Source of the DNA: Bacteroidota bacterium
GTDB lineage: Bacteria; Bacteroidota; Bacteroidia; Sphingobacteriales; Sphingobacteriaceae
Assembly (NCBI GenBank): GCA_013288485.1
Contig: JABDBW010000001.1
Coordinates: forward strand, 8,923 to 72,922
Direction: 5' to 3'
DNA length: 64,000 nt
The notes below the pieces were generated by a model, which saw only the letters and a list, made by a program, of their open reading frames with translations, was not told where the DNA came from and did not search any database. Shown here piece after piece: positions 17,186 to 27,319 of the stretch. A program made the position numbers and the translations under genes. Each line of letters begins with the position of its first letter. The stretch's first letter is position 1.

Positions 17186-18067
17186 ATGAAATACTTTCGT
17201 ATAGTGCTTTTTCTTATAATTTGCAACCCGGTGAACGCGGCCGCAGTTAAACTGCATATTTTTACCGGCAACACAGCTTATTATGCTGTTGCAGATACGG
17301 ATACCGTCATCAGGAAAAGATCGCTTTCTGTAGGGGTGAATTATGGGAGCGACGCGTTATTTTTTGGGCGTACCGGACCAATTACTTACCCGTATGAATC
17401 AACCGATGTGGTATATAATACCAAAGGCGGTTTTTTTATTTATGGTTCGGCATTAAGGCTGCTGGGTTACCGCACTTTTGTTGATGAAGTTGACCTGGGC
17501 GGCGGCTATTTATTCAGGCCCTCAAAAAAGTTCTCCGGATCAATAAGTTATAACAGGTTCATATTTAACAAACAGGAACGTATAATAGAATCGGCGACAT
17601 CAAATGATATTAATTTAAAAAACACCTACGACTGGAAACCATTTAAATCAACGGTGTTGGTTGATTACCTGTTTGGCAAGTCGAGCGATATCTTTATCAC
17701 ACTAACCCAGTCGAAATACATTGAAACCAAATGGAACGTTTTTGATGATAAAGACTACCTTTCATTTAACCCCGCAATAAGCATGATCTTAGGTACGCAA
17801 AATTTTGTACAGCGTTATTCGTTAGACCATGAGGACAGGTTAGATGCCGATTATATATACAAGTTAGGGCCCGATAACACCGACCTATACGATAATGGCA
17901 GGTTTAACATGCTTAACTATAGTTTTAAAATACCAGTAGCCTATAACAGGCCACATTATACTTTTGAATTCTCTTATAAATACTCTATCCCGGTTAATGT
18001 GGAGGGCGCTTTAGAGAATAAGCGCGAATCTTTTTTTAATTTAACATTTTACTACGTTTTTTATTAA
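17186..18067 (+). CDS. Probable outer-membrane beta-barrel hypothetical protein
   Basis: Signal peptide, alternating aromatic beta-strands, C-terminal FFNLTFYYVFY. Confidence 0.75.
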   Translation: MKYFRIVLFLIICNPVNAAAVKLHIFTGNTAYYAVADTDTVIRKRSLSVGVNYGSDALFFGRTGPITYPYESTDVVYNTKGGFFIYGSALRLLGYRTFVDEVDLGGGYLFRPSKKFSGSISYNRFIFNKQERIIESATSNDINLKNTYDWKPFKSTVLVDYLFGKSSDIFITLTQSKYIETKWNVFDDKDYLSFNPAISMILGTQNFVQRYSLDHEDRLDADYIYKLGPDNTDLYDNGRFNMLNYSFKIPVAYNRPHYTFEFSYKYSIPVNVEGALENKRESFFNLTFYYVFY

Positions 18068-18074
18068 GATCGGT

Positions 18075-18758
18075 ATGAATGTTTTGATAATAGAAGATGA
18101 GGAAGCATTAGCACATGAACTGGAAATATTTCTAACCAATCATAATTACATTACCGAAATATGTTATACCGGCCGCTCGGCGTCTGAGAAAATAGCGACA
18201 AACCTGTACGATTTTATTTTAATAGATCTCGGCTTGCCCGATTATGAGGGCCTTGACCTGCTTAAAGAGGCTAAAAAAAATAACCCGGATGCCGCGTGTT
18301 TAATATTAACCGCACGCGCCGAAGTATACGACCGGGTAAGGGGCCTCGACCTGGGCGCCGATGATTATTTACCCAAACCTTTTTCGTTATTAGAATTACA
18401 AAGCAGAATGCAGGCTATATTGCGCCGTAAGTTTGGCTTAAAGCAAAATATTGTTGAGTTGGGTGATTTTTTGATAAATCTTACAGACAGGGTAATCACT
18501 TGTCGCGACGATGCGGTAAATACCATAACCAAAAAAGAGTTTGACCTTATAGCTTATTTAATTTTACACAAAAACCGTACGCTAACACGTACCCAATTAA
18601 GCGAACATATTTGGGGCAGCATTATTAATGATGATTATGACTCGAACTATATTGATGCCCATATAAAAAATATACGTAAAAAATTGAACGTTTATGCACC
18701 GCCCGACTGGCTGGAGACGGTGCGGGGCCTGGGTTATAAAATAAAGATCAACGCTTAA
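18075..18758 (+). CDS. OmpR/PhoB-family response regulator
   Basis: IIEDE, DLGLPD, LTAR, GADDYLPKPF, wHTH ETVRGLGY. Confidence 0.95.
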   Translation: MNVLIIEDEEALAHELEIFLTNHNYITEICYTGRSASEKIATNLYDFILIDLGLPDYEGLDLLKEAKKNNPDAACLILTARAEVYDRVRGLDLGADDYLPKPFSLLELQSRMQAILRRKFGLKQNIVELGDFLINLTDRVITCRDDAVNTITKKEFDLIAYLILHKNRTLTRTQLSEHIWGSIINDDYDSNYIDAHIKNIRKKLNVYAPPDWLETVRGLGYKIKINA

Positions 18759-18760
18759 TA

Positions 18761-20098
18761 TTGAAACTTAAAACAAAACTTACGCTGTTTAATGCCATAT
18801 CAAAACTGGTAATTGTGGTACTGTTTGTATTGCTGGTACCCGCGCTGATAAAAAATATAAGCCGTAGTTATGTTGATAATAACCTCATCAAACAAAAAAA
18901 CAAACTGCTGCAAATTGTAAAAAGCCAGGGCATAAAAAACTATATACCCGATGGCGAAAAAGACGGCAGCTATTACCTGCCGCTTAAAGAAGAGTATCTT
19001 ACTATTGAAGAAGATACCATCCCCAACCACTTTATTGATACCATTAAAAACGAAAAACGCCGGGTTGAACATGATACGATAGAGTACCGTATACTTAGCC
19101 ATACCTTTACCCTTAACAACCAACGTTATTTGCTGGAGATAGGCAAAAGCGTTGCCACGCTTGATGAAACCAGCACCCCCCTCCAAAATATTGCCTTCGC
19201 GGTGTTAATAGGTATGATATTGCTGACGATACTGGCCGACGTGGTGTATACCAATCACGTTTTAAAGCCATTAGGGTTGATCATAAAAACAAAACTGATA
19301 GGCCATAAATTTCCGAATTTTGGTTCGTATAGGAAGGTCAAAACCAGTACATCCGATTTTCAATATCTTGACATCAGTATTCATAAAATGATAGAGGCCA
19401 TTGAGGCGGCTTTTCAAAAAGAAAGGGAATTTATTTCAAATGCCTCGCACGAGTTAATGACGCCGATATCCATCCTGCAATCAAAAATTGAAAATATGTT
19501 TGAGCGGGAAGATATTGTTGATGAATTTAAGGTGCGCCTGCTCGAAATGCAAAAAATACTGAACCGTTTAAAAAGCATTACCAAAACGCTGCTGCTGATA
19601 TCGCAGATTGAGAATGACCAGTTTTTAAAAGAAGACAAAATATCGATAAAGGAACTGTTGCAAGAGGTTTACGATGAAATATCTGTACGCCTGCCTGAGA
19701 AAAATTTAACCTTTGATATTTACATTCCGCAGGATAGTATATTAATAAACGTTAACAAATTTTTAATATTCAATTTGTTCTTTAACCTGGTAAACAATGC
19801 CATAAAATATAATAATGAGAATGGCGAGATAATAATTGCCGCCGAAATGGACAATAATACATTGGTAGTAAATATAACAGATACCGGCATTGGCATAAGC
19901 CCGGAAGAAATTCCTTTTATATTTAACCGCTTTAAAAAATTCAGGCAGTCTATGCAGCAGGATAGTTTTGGATTAGGATTACCTATTGTAAAATCAATTG
20001 CCGATTTCCATAATATCATCATTGAGGTGCACTCTGAAAAAAATGTGGGAAGCAATTTCAGGCTGATTTTTCCGGAGGATTTGATCGCAGGAACCTAA
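18761..20098 (+). CDS. Sensor histidine kinase
   Basis: Two TM, NASHELMTP, NLVNNAIKY, DTGIGI, GLGLPIV. Confidence 0.94.
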   Translation: MKLKTKLTLFNAISKLVIVVLFVLLVPALIKNISRSYVDNNLIKQKNKLLQIVKSQGIKNYIPDGEKDGSYYLPLKEEYLTIEEDTIPNHFIDTIKNEKRRVEHDTIEYRILSHTFTLNNQRYLLEIGKSVATLDETSTPLQNIAFAVLIGMILLTILADVVYTNHVLKPLGLIIKTKLIGHKFPNFGSYRKVKTSTSDFQYLDISIHKMIEAIEAAFQKEREFISNASHELMTPISILQSKIENMFEREDIVDEFKVRLLEMQKILNRLKSITKTLLLISQIENDQFLKEDKISIKELLQEVYDEISVRLPEKNLTFDIYIPQDSILINVNKFLIFNLFFNLVNNAIKYNNENGEIIIAAEMDNNTLVVNITDTGIGISPEEIPFIFNRFKKFRQSMQQDSFGLGLPIVKSIADFHNIIIEVHSEKNVGSNFRLIFPEDLIAGT

Positions 20099-20297
20099 TT
20101 GATTGAAAATCATGGCGATCTGGCAGCCTAAAAAATCAAAGCTCAAACAAAAGGTAGAATGACCTTATTTTTTATAAAATTTATAAACCAGTGTTAAACC
20201 TTTTCAACGGCATATCGTCTAACAATAGCTGATAAACGTAAAAGTTAACCGCTTATACTTTATAGCAAAAAAATCAGTTATTGTTTTTTTAAGTATT

Positions 20298-21035
20298 ATG
20301 AAAAAGTTATATAAATATGCCGCCGGCTTTTTGTTGACCGGGGCTCTTTCAGTGATGATGGTGGTAAATGCTGATGCGCAGCGTGGTGGGGGACATGCCG
20401 GGGGCAGTTTCGGTGGTGGCGGCAGTTTCGGCCGTAGCGGCGGAGGTTTCCGTGGCGGCGGCGGTTTTGGCGGCGGTTACCGCGGCGGCTTTGGTATACG
20501 TCCGGGCTTTGGTTTGGGTTTAGGCTTTTATGGCTATCCCTCTTTAGGATTTTATATGAGCGCGCTGCCTTTCGGTTATTATCCGTTCTATTTGGGCACA
20601 TCTCTTTATTATTATGCTGATGGTACATTTTACCGTCCTTATGAAGATGGCGGATACGTGGTTACCGCCCCTCCAATTGGCGCGGCTGTACCTAAACTGC
20701 CACGGGGCGCTAAATCTATCATGATAGATAATCAGCAGTTTTTTGAATACAATGGCGTATATTATAAAGCTATTGTTAATGATAAAGGCGAAAAAGTATT
20801 TGTTGTAGCCGGCAAAGACGGTGTTTTAAATACAGATGACGAAAACGCGGCACCTGCTGCAACAGTAGCCCCCCAGGTTGGTGATATTGTAAATCAACTG
20901 CCTGATAATTGCCGTAAAGTAACCTTAAATGGTAAAAAATATTTAGTATCGCCTGACGATATTTACTACGAACAGATCACAGGCAGGAACGGGAACATAT
21001 CATACCGTATTGCAAGCGTTCCAACCGATCAATAA
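20298..21035 (+). CDS. DUF6515-like secreted protein with Gly-rich N-terminus
   Basis: Signal peptide …ADAQ, GGGFRGGG repeats, YYYADGTFY…YVVTAPPIGA…LP repeats. Confidence 0.75.
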   Translation: MKKLYKYAAGFLLTGALSVMMVVNADAQRGGGHAGGSFGGGGSFGRSGGGFRGGGGFGGGYRGGFGIRPGFGLGLGFYGYPSLGFYMSALPFGYYPFYLGTSLYYYADGTFYRPYEDGGYVVTAPPIGAAVPKLPRGAKSIMIDNQQFFEYNGVYYKAIVNDKGEKVFVVAGKDGVLNTDDENAAPAATVAPQVGDIVNQLPDNCRKVTLNGKKYLVSPDDIYYEQITGRNGNISYRIASVPTDQ

Positions 21036-21058
21036 TCAGATCAACTACCTATAAAATT

Positions 21059-21090
21059 AAAAAGCTGCCTGTAAAGGCGGCTTTTTTTGT
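21059..21090 (+). terminator. Intrinsic terminator
   Basis: aaaagctgcct-gtaa-aggcggcttttttt. Confidence 0.75.
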
Positions 21091-21149
21091 TTTATAGGCA
21101 TAAAACTGTTTGCTCTTTTTATTGGTTATAGCTTATATTAAATAAGACT

Positions 21150-21920
21150 ATGAGATCTATCTGGAAGGGTTCAATTGGGTTTGGGCTGGTTAATATTCCT
21201 GTTAAGTTGTATTCGGCTATTGAAACCAGTTCACTTGATTTTGATATGCTGGATGGCCGCGACCATTCACGCATACGCTACATGCGGGTAAATGAACATA
21301 CGCATAAAGAAGTGCCGTATGATAAAATTGTAAAAGGGTATAAATTAAACGATGATTATGTAATAGTAGACGAGCATGACTTTGAAAATGCCGCCCCCGA
21401 CAAAAGCAAAATTATTACCATAGAAAGCTTTGTTGAGATCGCTGATGTTAACCCCATGTTTTACGAAACCTCGTACTACACGGAACCCGATACCAAAAAC
21501 AATAAGGCTTATGCGCTTTTATTGCAGGCTTTGGCACAATCAAAAAAAGCAGGCCTGGCCCGTTTTGTATTGCGAAGCACCGAAAGCTTATGCATTGTAC
21601 ACCCGGTTAATAAAGTATTGGTAGTAACCCGCATACGTTTCGCGCAGGAACTACGCGATACCGATGACCTTAAAATAGACAGCGATATTAATATTAGCAA
21701 AAAAGAGCTGGATATGGGCCTTGCATTGATAAACCAGTACGCCGAGAAATTTGATGTATCGAAATTTAAAGACGAGTATAATAATGAGCTGTTAAATATC
21801 ATCAAGGCAAAATCAAAAGGGAAACACGCAACCGTTAAAAAATTGAAGCTGCATAAAGCTACCGGCGATGACCTGTACGACCAGTTGATGGAAAGTTTAA
21901 AAACAAAGAAAGGGGCATAA
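21150..21920 (+). CDS. ku: NHEJ Ku protein
   Basis: MRSIWKGSIGFGLVNIPVKLYSA, IVKGY, FKDEY. Confidence 0.96.
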   Translation: MRSIWKGSIGFGLVNIPVKLYSAIETSSLDFDMLDGRDHSRIRYMRVNEHTHKEVPYDKIVKGYKLNDDYVIVDEHDFENAAPDKSKIITIESFVEIADVNPMFYETSYYTEPDTKNNKAYALLLQALAQSKKAGLARFVLRSTESLCIVHPVNKVLVVTRIRFAQELRDTDDLKIDSDINISKKELDMGLALINQYAEKFDVSKFKDEYNNELLNIIKAKSKGKHATVKKLKLHKATGDDLYDQLMESLKTKKGA

Positions 21921-21921
21921 C

Positions 21922-24414
21922 ATGGGCTTAACAGCGTATGTAAAAAAGCGTAATTTTACAAAAACCACCGAACCTGCAGGCGGCAAAAGCAATAGCAAAA
22001 CATTATCGTTTGTTGTGCAGCGGCATCATGCCACGAACCTGCATTATGATTTCAGGCTGGAACTGGATGGCGTACTGAAAAGCTGGGCAGTGCCCAAAGG
22101 GCCGTCAATGAACCCCGATGATAAACGGCTGGCGATGATGGTTGAGGACCACCCGATAGATTACCAGCATTTTGAAGGCATTATACCCGCCGGCAATTAT
22201 GGCGCGGGTGTGGTGCTGATATGGGATAAAGGCACTTATCAATCATTAGCCGATGAGCGAAAAGATGATATAAAAACCCTGCGCGCGGGTTTAAAAGCGG
22301 GCAATTTAAAATTCAAGCTTAACGGCGAAATTCTGAAAGGCGAATTCGCGCTGGTAAAACTGCATAACGCCGAAGAAAATGCATGGCTGCTGATAAAACA
22401 CAGGGATGAATATGCTGCAGAAGAGTTTAACAGCGAGGATTTGGTGCCCGATAACATCAAAGCCATGAAGAACAATAAGGAGGGCGAAGCCACAGCTCTC
22501 CCCAAAGCAAAAAAAATTAAGGCTGAAAAAAAAAGCCCTGACGTGACTGAAATTGACGAAGAAGAAACCCGCCCTGCAAAAGCCTTTACCCCCATGATGG
22601 CTAAGCTGGATACTAAAATATTTGATGCCGAAAACTGGATATATGAGCGCAAACTGGATGGCTACCGCGCTATAGGCTATACCGGTAAAAGGGCCCGGCT
22701 TATATCAAGGAACAATATTGATTTTAGCAAGGATTACGAAAAAATTTTAAATGAACTGAAACAGATCAGTAACGATGCCATACTGGATGGTGAACTGGTA
22801 ATTGAAGACAAAACAGGCAAAAGTGCTTTCCAGGATATACAGCAATATGATGGCGATAAGCCCGGTAAAATATTAAAGTATTATGTTTTTGATCTGTTAA
22901 GTTTAAACGGCCACGACCTGCGCGGCCTGGAACTCATCAAAAGAAAACAATTGTTAAAAACGCTGATAGAACCGCTTAATAGTTTCGCTATTATTTATAA
23001 CGATCATGTAGCAGGAAAAGGGGCTGAATTGTTTGCAAAAGCTAAAAAAGCAGGGTGGGAGGGTATTATAGGCAAAGACGCGCAAAGCTATTACGATAGC
23101 GGCAAACGGACAGACCGCTGGCGAAAGTTTAAATTGCAGCTTTCGCAGGAAGCATTGATATGCGGGTACACCGCGCCAACGGGCTCGCGTAACCATTTCG
23201 GCGCTTTAATTTTAGGTATTAACCAGGGCGATCATATCAAATACATAGGCAATTGCGGCACCGGGTTTAATGATACGGCTATAAAAGAACTATATGAACA
23301 ACTGGAGCCGTTGCAAACGGATAAAAAGCCATTTGCCGAAAAAGTGCATAACCGCACCAAAGTAACCTGGGTTAAGCCTACGCTGATTTGCGAAGTTTGG
23401 TACGCTGAATGGACAGCCGACAGGCACTTACGTCATCCGGTTTTTAAAGGATTGCGGATGGATAAGAAAAAAGAAAATATAGTCATGGAAACACCAGTTA
23501 CACAAATGGCTGATGATGAAACACTTGAATTTGGCCAAAAGAAAGTTAAAGTTACCCACCTTAATAAGCTGTTCTGGAAAGACGAAGGCATAACAAAGGG
23601 CCAGTTAATAAACTATTATAAAGAGATGGCCGGCTGGATAGTTCCGTATTTGAAAGACAAGCCCATATCTATGCGCAGGCAGCCTAATGGTATTGAAGAC
23701 CAGGGATTTTTTCAAAAAGATAATACTGCCCATTTGCCCGAATGGATCAAAACTGAGCACCTTTATTCGGAAAGTAATGATAAAAATATCAATTATATTA
23801 TTGGCTCGGATGCGGCTACTTTGTTATATATGGTGAATTTAGGTTGTATTGAAATAAACCCCTGGCTAAGCTCATACAAAACCCCTGATAATCCTGATTT
23901 TGTGGTAATAGATATTGATCCGCACGATGTTCCGTTTACGCAGGCGGTTGAGGCCGCTTTAAAAACAAAGGAAGTATTTGACCGTATGAACCTGGAAGTA
24001 TTTGTTAAAACATCAGGCTCAAAAGGATTGCATATTTATTGCTACCTGGGCGCCAAATACGATTATGATCTTGTAAAAGGCTTTGCCGAATATACCGCAA
24101 AGTTAATTCATGCCGAACTGCCCGATACCACAAGTGTGGAACGAAGCCCGGCTAAACGGCCTAATAAAGTTTACATTGATTTTTTGCAGAACAGGCGCGG
24201 CCAAACTATTGCCTGCCCTTATTCGGTCAGGCCAAAACCGGACGCTACCGTATCAACCCCATTGCACTGGCACGAGGTAAATAACAGCCTTAAATTAGCT
24301 AACTATACCCTTTTCAATACAAAGGCGCGGGTAGAAAGCATCGACGACCCCTGGAAAGACCTCACCAAAACAAAGAACGACCTAAAAAAGGCACTTCAAT
24401 TATTAAAAGCATAA
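21922..24414 (+). CDS. ligD: DNA ligase D (PE + ligase + polymerase domains)
   Basis: HYDFRLE…KSWAVPKGP, ERKLDGYR, EGIIGK, LRHPVF, DIDP, KTSGSKGLH. Confidence 0.96.
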   Translation: MGLTAYVKKRNFTKTTEPAGGKSNSKTLSFVVQRHHATNLHYDFRLELDGVLKSWAVPKGPSMNPDDKRLAMMVEDHPIDYQHFEGIIPAGNYGAGVVLIWDKGTYQSLADERKDDIKTLRAGLKAGNLKFKLNGEILKGEFALVKLHNAEENAWLLIKHRDEYAAEEFNSEDLVPDNIKAMKNNKEGEATALPKAKKIKAEKKSPDVTEIDEEETRPAKAFTPMMAKLDTKIFDAENWIYERKLDGYRAIGYTGKRARLISRNNIDFSKDYEKILNELKQISNDAILDGELVIEDKTGKSAFQDIQQYDGDKPGKILKYYVFDLLSLNGHDLRGLELIKRKQLLKTLIEPLNSFAIIYNDHVAGKGAELFAKAKKAGWEGIIGKDAQSYYDSGKRTDRWRKFKLQLSQEALICGYTAPTGSRNHFGALILGINQGDHIKYIGNCGTGFNDTAIKELYEQLEPLQTDKKPFAEKVHNRTKVTWVKPTLICEVWYAEWTADRHLRHPVFKGLRMDKKKENIVMETPVTQMADDETLEFGQKKVKVTHLNKLFWKDEGITKGQLINYYKEMAGWIVPYLKDKPISMRRQPNGIEDQGFFQKDNTAHLPEWIKTEHLYSESNDKNINYIIGSDAATLLYMVNLGCIEINPWLSSYKTPDNPDFVVIDIDPHDVPFTQAVEAALKTKEVFDRMNLEVFVKTSGSKGLHIYCYLGAKYDYDLVKGFAEYTAKLIHAELPDTTSVERSPAKRPNKVYIDFLQNRRGQTIACPYSVRPKPDATVSTPLHWHEVNNSLKLANYTLFNTKARVESIDDPWKDLTKTKNDLKKALQLLKA

Positions 24415-24447
24415 AAAAAGCCTCCCGGGTTGCCGGAAGGCTTTTTT
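24413..24447. terminator. Bidirectional terminator
   Basis: aaaaaaagcctcccgg-gttg-ccggaaggctttttt between convergent genes. Confidence 0.8.
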
Positions 24448-24462
24448 ACTTAGACGCGATAT

Positions 24463-24618
24463 TTAAAGCGCCGTCGGCCTTCTTATTATCCCTAATAATA
24501 AAGCAATAATCGCTATAACCAGCAATATGTGGATGATGCCCCCTGCCGAATAAAGGAAAAAACCAAGTGCCCATCCTATCAGGAGGATAACTGCAATGAT
24601 ATACAATAGTGAATTCAT
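24463..24618 (-). CDS. lmo0937-family small membrane protein, 51 aa (not in ORF track)
   Basis: MNSLLYIIAVILLIGWALGFFLYSAGGIIHILLVIAIIALLLGIIRRPTAL*; W-x-LG…GG-x-IH-x-LLV signature. Confidence 0.85.
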   Translation of the reverse strand: MNSLLYIIAVILLIGWALGFFLYSAGGIIHILLVIAIIALLLGIIRRPTAL

Positions 24619-24932
24619 GATCTGTTGTTTTTAGTTATTGTTTTCATAGATATTATATATAATAACAGATGGGGGTAAAATGTTTTGGAATTTTTAGATC
24701 CGGGTGATTCGCAAAAGTGATTCATGCCTAATTTCACAAAAACGGCAAATCAGTATAACTAATTAATTTACAAATACTTGTACTTGTTAATTAAAATTTT
24801 TGAACTGATTCAGGGTGATTCACTCCGTTTTTTGCAAAACATTGTATTACAGTCGCTTATCGACAAAATGTGATTCAAGTGATTCACTATTTTGTGAATC
24901 ACTTCATTTCCATTTTTTTTACTTATAAGGGC

Positions 24933-26727
24933 CTATTTCAATGTCAACCACTTCTTCCTCACCACCAATTGCGCAGGTGTTACATTCGCTAACTCTTCAA
25001 TTTTATATTTAACACGCGGGCTTTTCAATAAGGTTACGGGCAGGGTTAACGTTATGCCATCACGTATAAGAGTTACATTAATTTTATCGCCAGGCTTTTT
25101 GCCGGTTAGCAAGCTTTCTGTACTAACCACCTGTATACCGTCAATAAAGGTGATCTCGTCATTAACATTAATGCCATCAACCCAGGCCGCGCTGCCTTTT
25201 ACCACGGTTGCCACTATTACCCGGTTAGTACCCGGAATGGTAGTTATACCCAAAGCGGGGTCATTATTGTTTTCCAGCTCGTTTGTTAATTTATAGCCCG
25301 CGTAGTTTAAGTAGGTGTTATATGCTATTGGAGTTAACCCGTTAATATATTTCGCATAAAAGTCGTCCAGGTTTTTGCCGGCAAACTTTTCAAGTCCCTG
25401 CTTAAACTCATCATCGGTATAGCCGCGTTTCAATGTCTTATAATACTCATCATACATGTATTTCATAACATCATCCAATGAGTTTTTTCCTTTAGTATCG
25501 TTAATGATCTCCAGGTCGAGCAATAAGGCCACAATAGCCCCTTTTGTGTAATAAGAGATCGAATTGTTGCCCGAATTTTCATTGGGCCGGTACGCCTTTA
25601 TCCACGCGTCATAACTCGACTCGGCTAAAGTTTGCACCTTAGCACCCGGCTGCTCCTCCATCGAACTGATCAAATTAGCCATTACACCCAAATAGTTTTC
25701 AGGCGTATACAATTGGGTGCGGCGCACTATAATATCCTGGTAGTAAGCGGTAAAACCTTCGGCTATCCATAAGTTTGTGGTGTAGTTTTCATTGTCATAA
25801 TCAAACGGTCCCAAAGCTACGGGGCGCAAACGCTTTACGTTCCATAAATGAAAATGCTCATGTGCGGCCAGGCTTAAAAAGTTTTGATAGCCCTTGTCAT
25901 AATTGCCACGCGTAGCCCCCAGCGTTGTCGAACTTAAATGCTCCAAACCGCCGCCGCCCTGCAAAGCGTTATGTACAATAAAAGTATAATGCTTGTTAGG
26001 GTTTTCGCCAAAAATAGCAGTTTCTTCTTCTACAATTGTTGCCATGTCTTTTTTAAGGCGCTCTTTATCATAGTTACCGCCGCCAACCATAACCACCTCA
26101 TAATTTACCCCGGCCGCGATAAAGCCAAAAACATCCTGCGTACCTATTTCAATAGGCGAATCAAACAAAATATCATAATCAGGCGAATAGCGGGTAAAGC
26201 TATCGCCATTCACTTTCTCTAAACTGGTTGAAACAGTCGTCCACCCTTTATAAGGAATAATATGGATGGTTGATGGCTCATGCAGCATATTAGCGGGGTA
26301 TAAAAACATATCGGGCGACGACAGGAACGCATGTGAAGCATCAATAAAACTGGTGCGCACAGATATTTCGAAAGCATAAACCCGGTATTTAACATCCACT
26401 TCGGGTATGCCTGTAGTGTTTAACTGCCATATATTTTTACGTATTTTTTTTTGCGGTTAGCGGTTTGCCATTGGCCTCGGCGCTCAGCGTTTCAATATTT
26501 TTTGAAAACTCCCTTACCAGGTACGAACCGGGTGCCCATACCGGCATTTTCAGGTCTAAAGTGTTTTGATTTAAGCCGGTAATCCTCATTTCTATATCAG
26601 CATAATGCGCCTGGGCCTCGGGGAAAGTTACGGTATAGGTTATTTGCGTATTGGCTGCGGCATTACTGATAGAAATATCCATAAAAAAAAGTATTAAGGA
26701 AAAAAGAATGGTTAGCTGAATTTTCAT
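24933..26727 (-). pseudogene. M61 glycyl aminopeptidase + PDZ, split by a one-base frameshift
   Basis: N-part 26437-26727 (signal peptide, MPVWAPGSY) and C-part 24933-26399 (GGGLEH, HEHFH, WIAEG, YYTKG, PDZ) join if one A is removed from the A9 run at 26444-26452. Confidence 0.85.
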
Positions 26728-26845
26728 ATATGCAAGTATAAAATTAAATTATTTGGTGTAATAGTTTGTTAACATAAACTTGTTGTAAAATGGTTGATAC
26801 ATGCAACTATTAAGTTTTATAACTAATTACTTTTACAATCTAATT

Positions 26846-27301
26846 ATGAAAATAAAACTCATTGAACCAATTTCCCGGAAATTAATGGTTTTAGGAAGGG
26901 CATATTTAAGTGTACTGGGCGATCAGATGGAGCATTTAGATATAAACCGCTTTTATTACGCGCTAACGGTAATTTGTTATTATGATGGCCAACTTACACA
27001 AAAAGCACTTGCAGAGAAGTTGGGCAAAGACAAGTCAATTATTGTAAAGCTGATTGATACCCTTGCCGAAAAAGGATTTGTTTCCAGGGAGATTAACCCT
27101 GCCGATAGGCGGCAGCACTTGTTAAGTGTTACAGATAAAGCTAAAAAGGCAGTGCCGCAAATAATAACAGCTTTTGAAACAATTAACAGCCGTATTACAG
27201 AAAACATATCAGCTAACGATATGGAAATATTTGAAAGTGTACTATATAAAATGAAAAATAACTTAGGGCAAATTACCATAAAACAACAATCATTAACCTA
27301 A
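26846..27301 (+). CDS. MarR family regulator
   Basis: TQKALAEKLGKDKS…LAEKGFVSREINPADRRQ; ATG 26846 preferred. Confidence 0.92.
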   Translation: MKIKLIEPISRKLMVLGRAYLSVLGDQMEHLDINRFYYALTVICYYDGQLTQKALAEKLGKDKSIIVKLIDTLAEKGFVSREINPADRRQHLLSVTDKAKKAVPQIITAFETINSRITENISANDMEIFESVLYKMKNNLGQITIKQQSLT

Positions 27302-27319
27302 CCCAACGGCCATCAAAAT

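Noticed and set aside
20380-20530. GGC-rich tandem repeats in the DUF6515-like gene (also the AAC/GGC/CAC repeats at 13215-13310)
   Set aside because: Codon-phase repeats explained by low-complexity protein sequence
21150-24414. Ku-LigD as a novel system
   Set aside because: Well-described bacterial NHEJ with standard domain content
26761-26810. MarR operator palindromes (ATGGTTG-N7-CAACTAT)
   Set aside because: Plausible but short and imperfect in AT-rich DNA; not enough support to list as a feature
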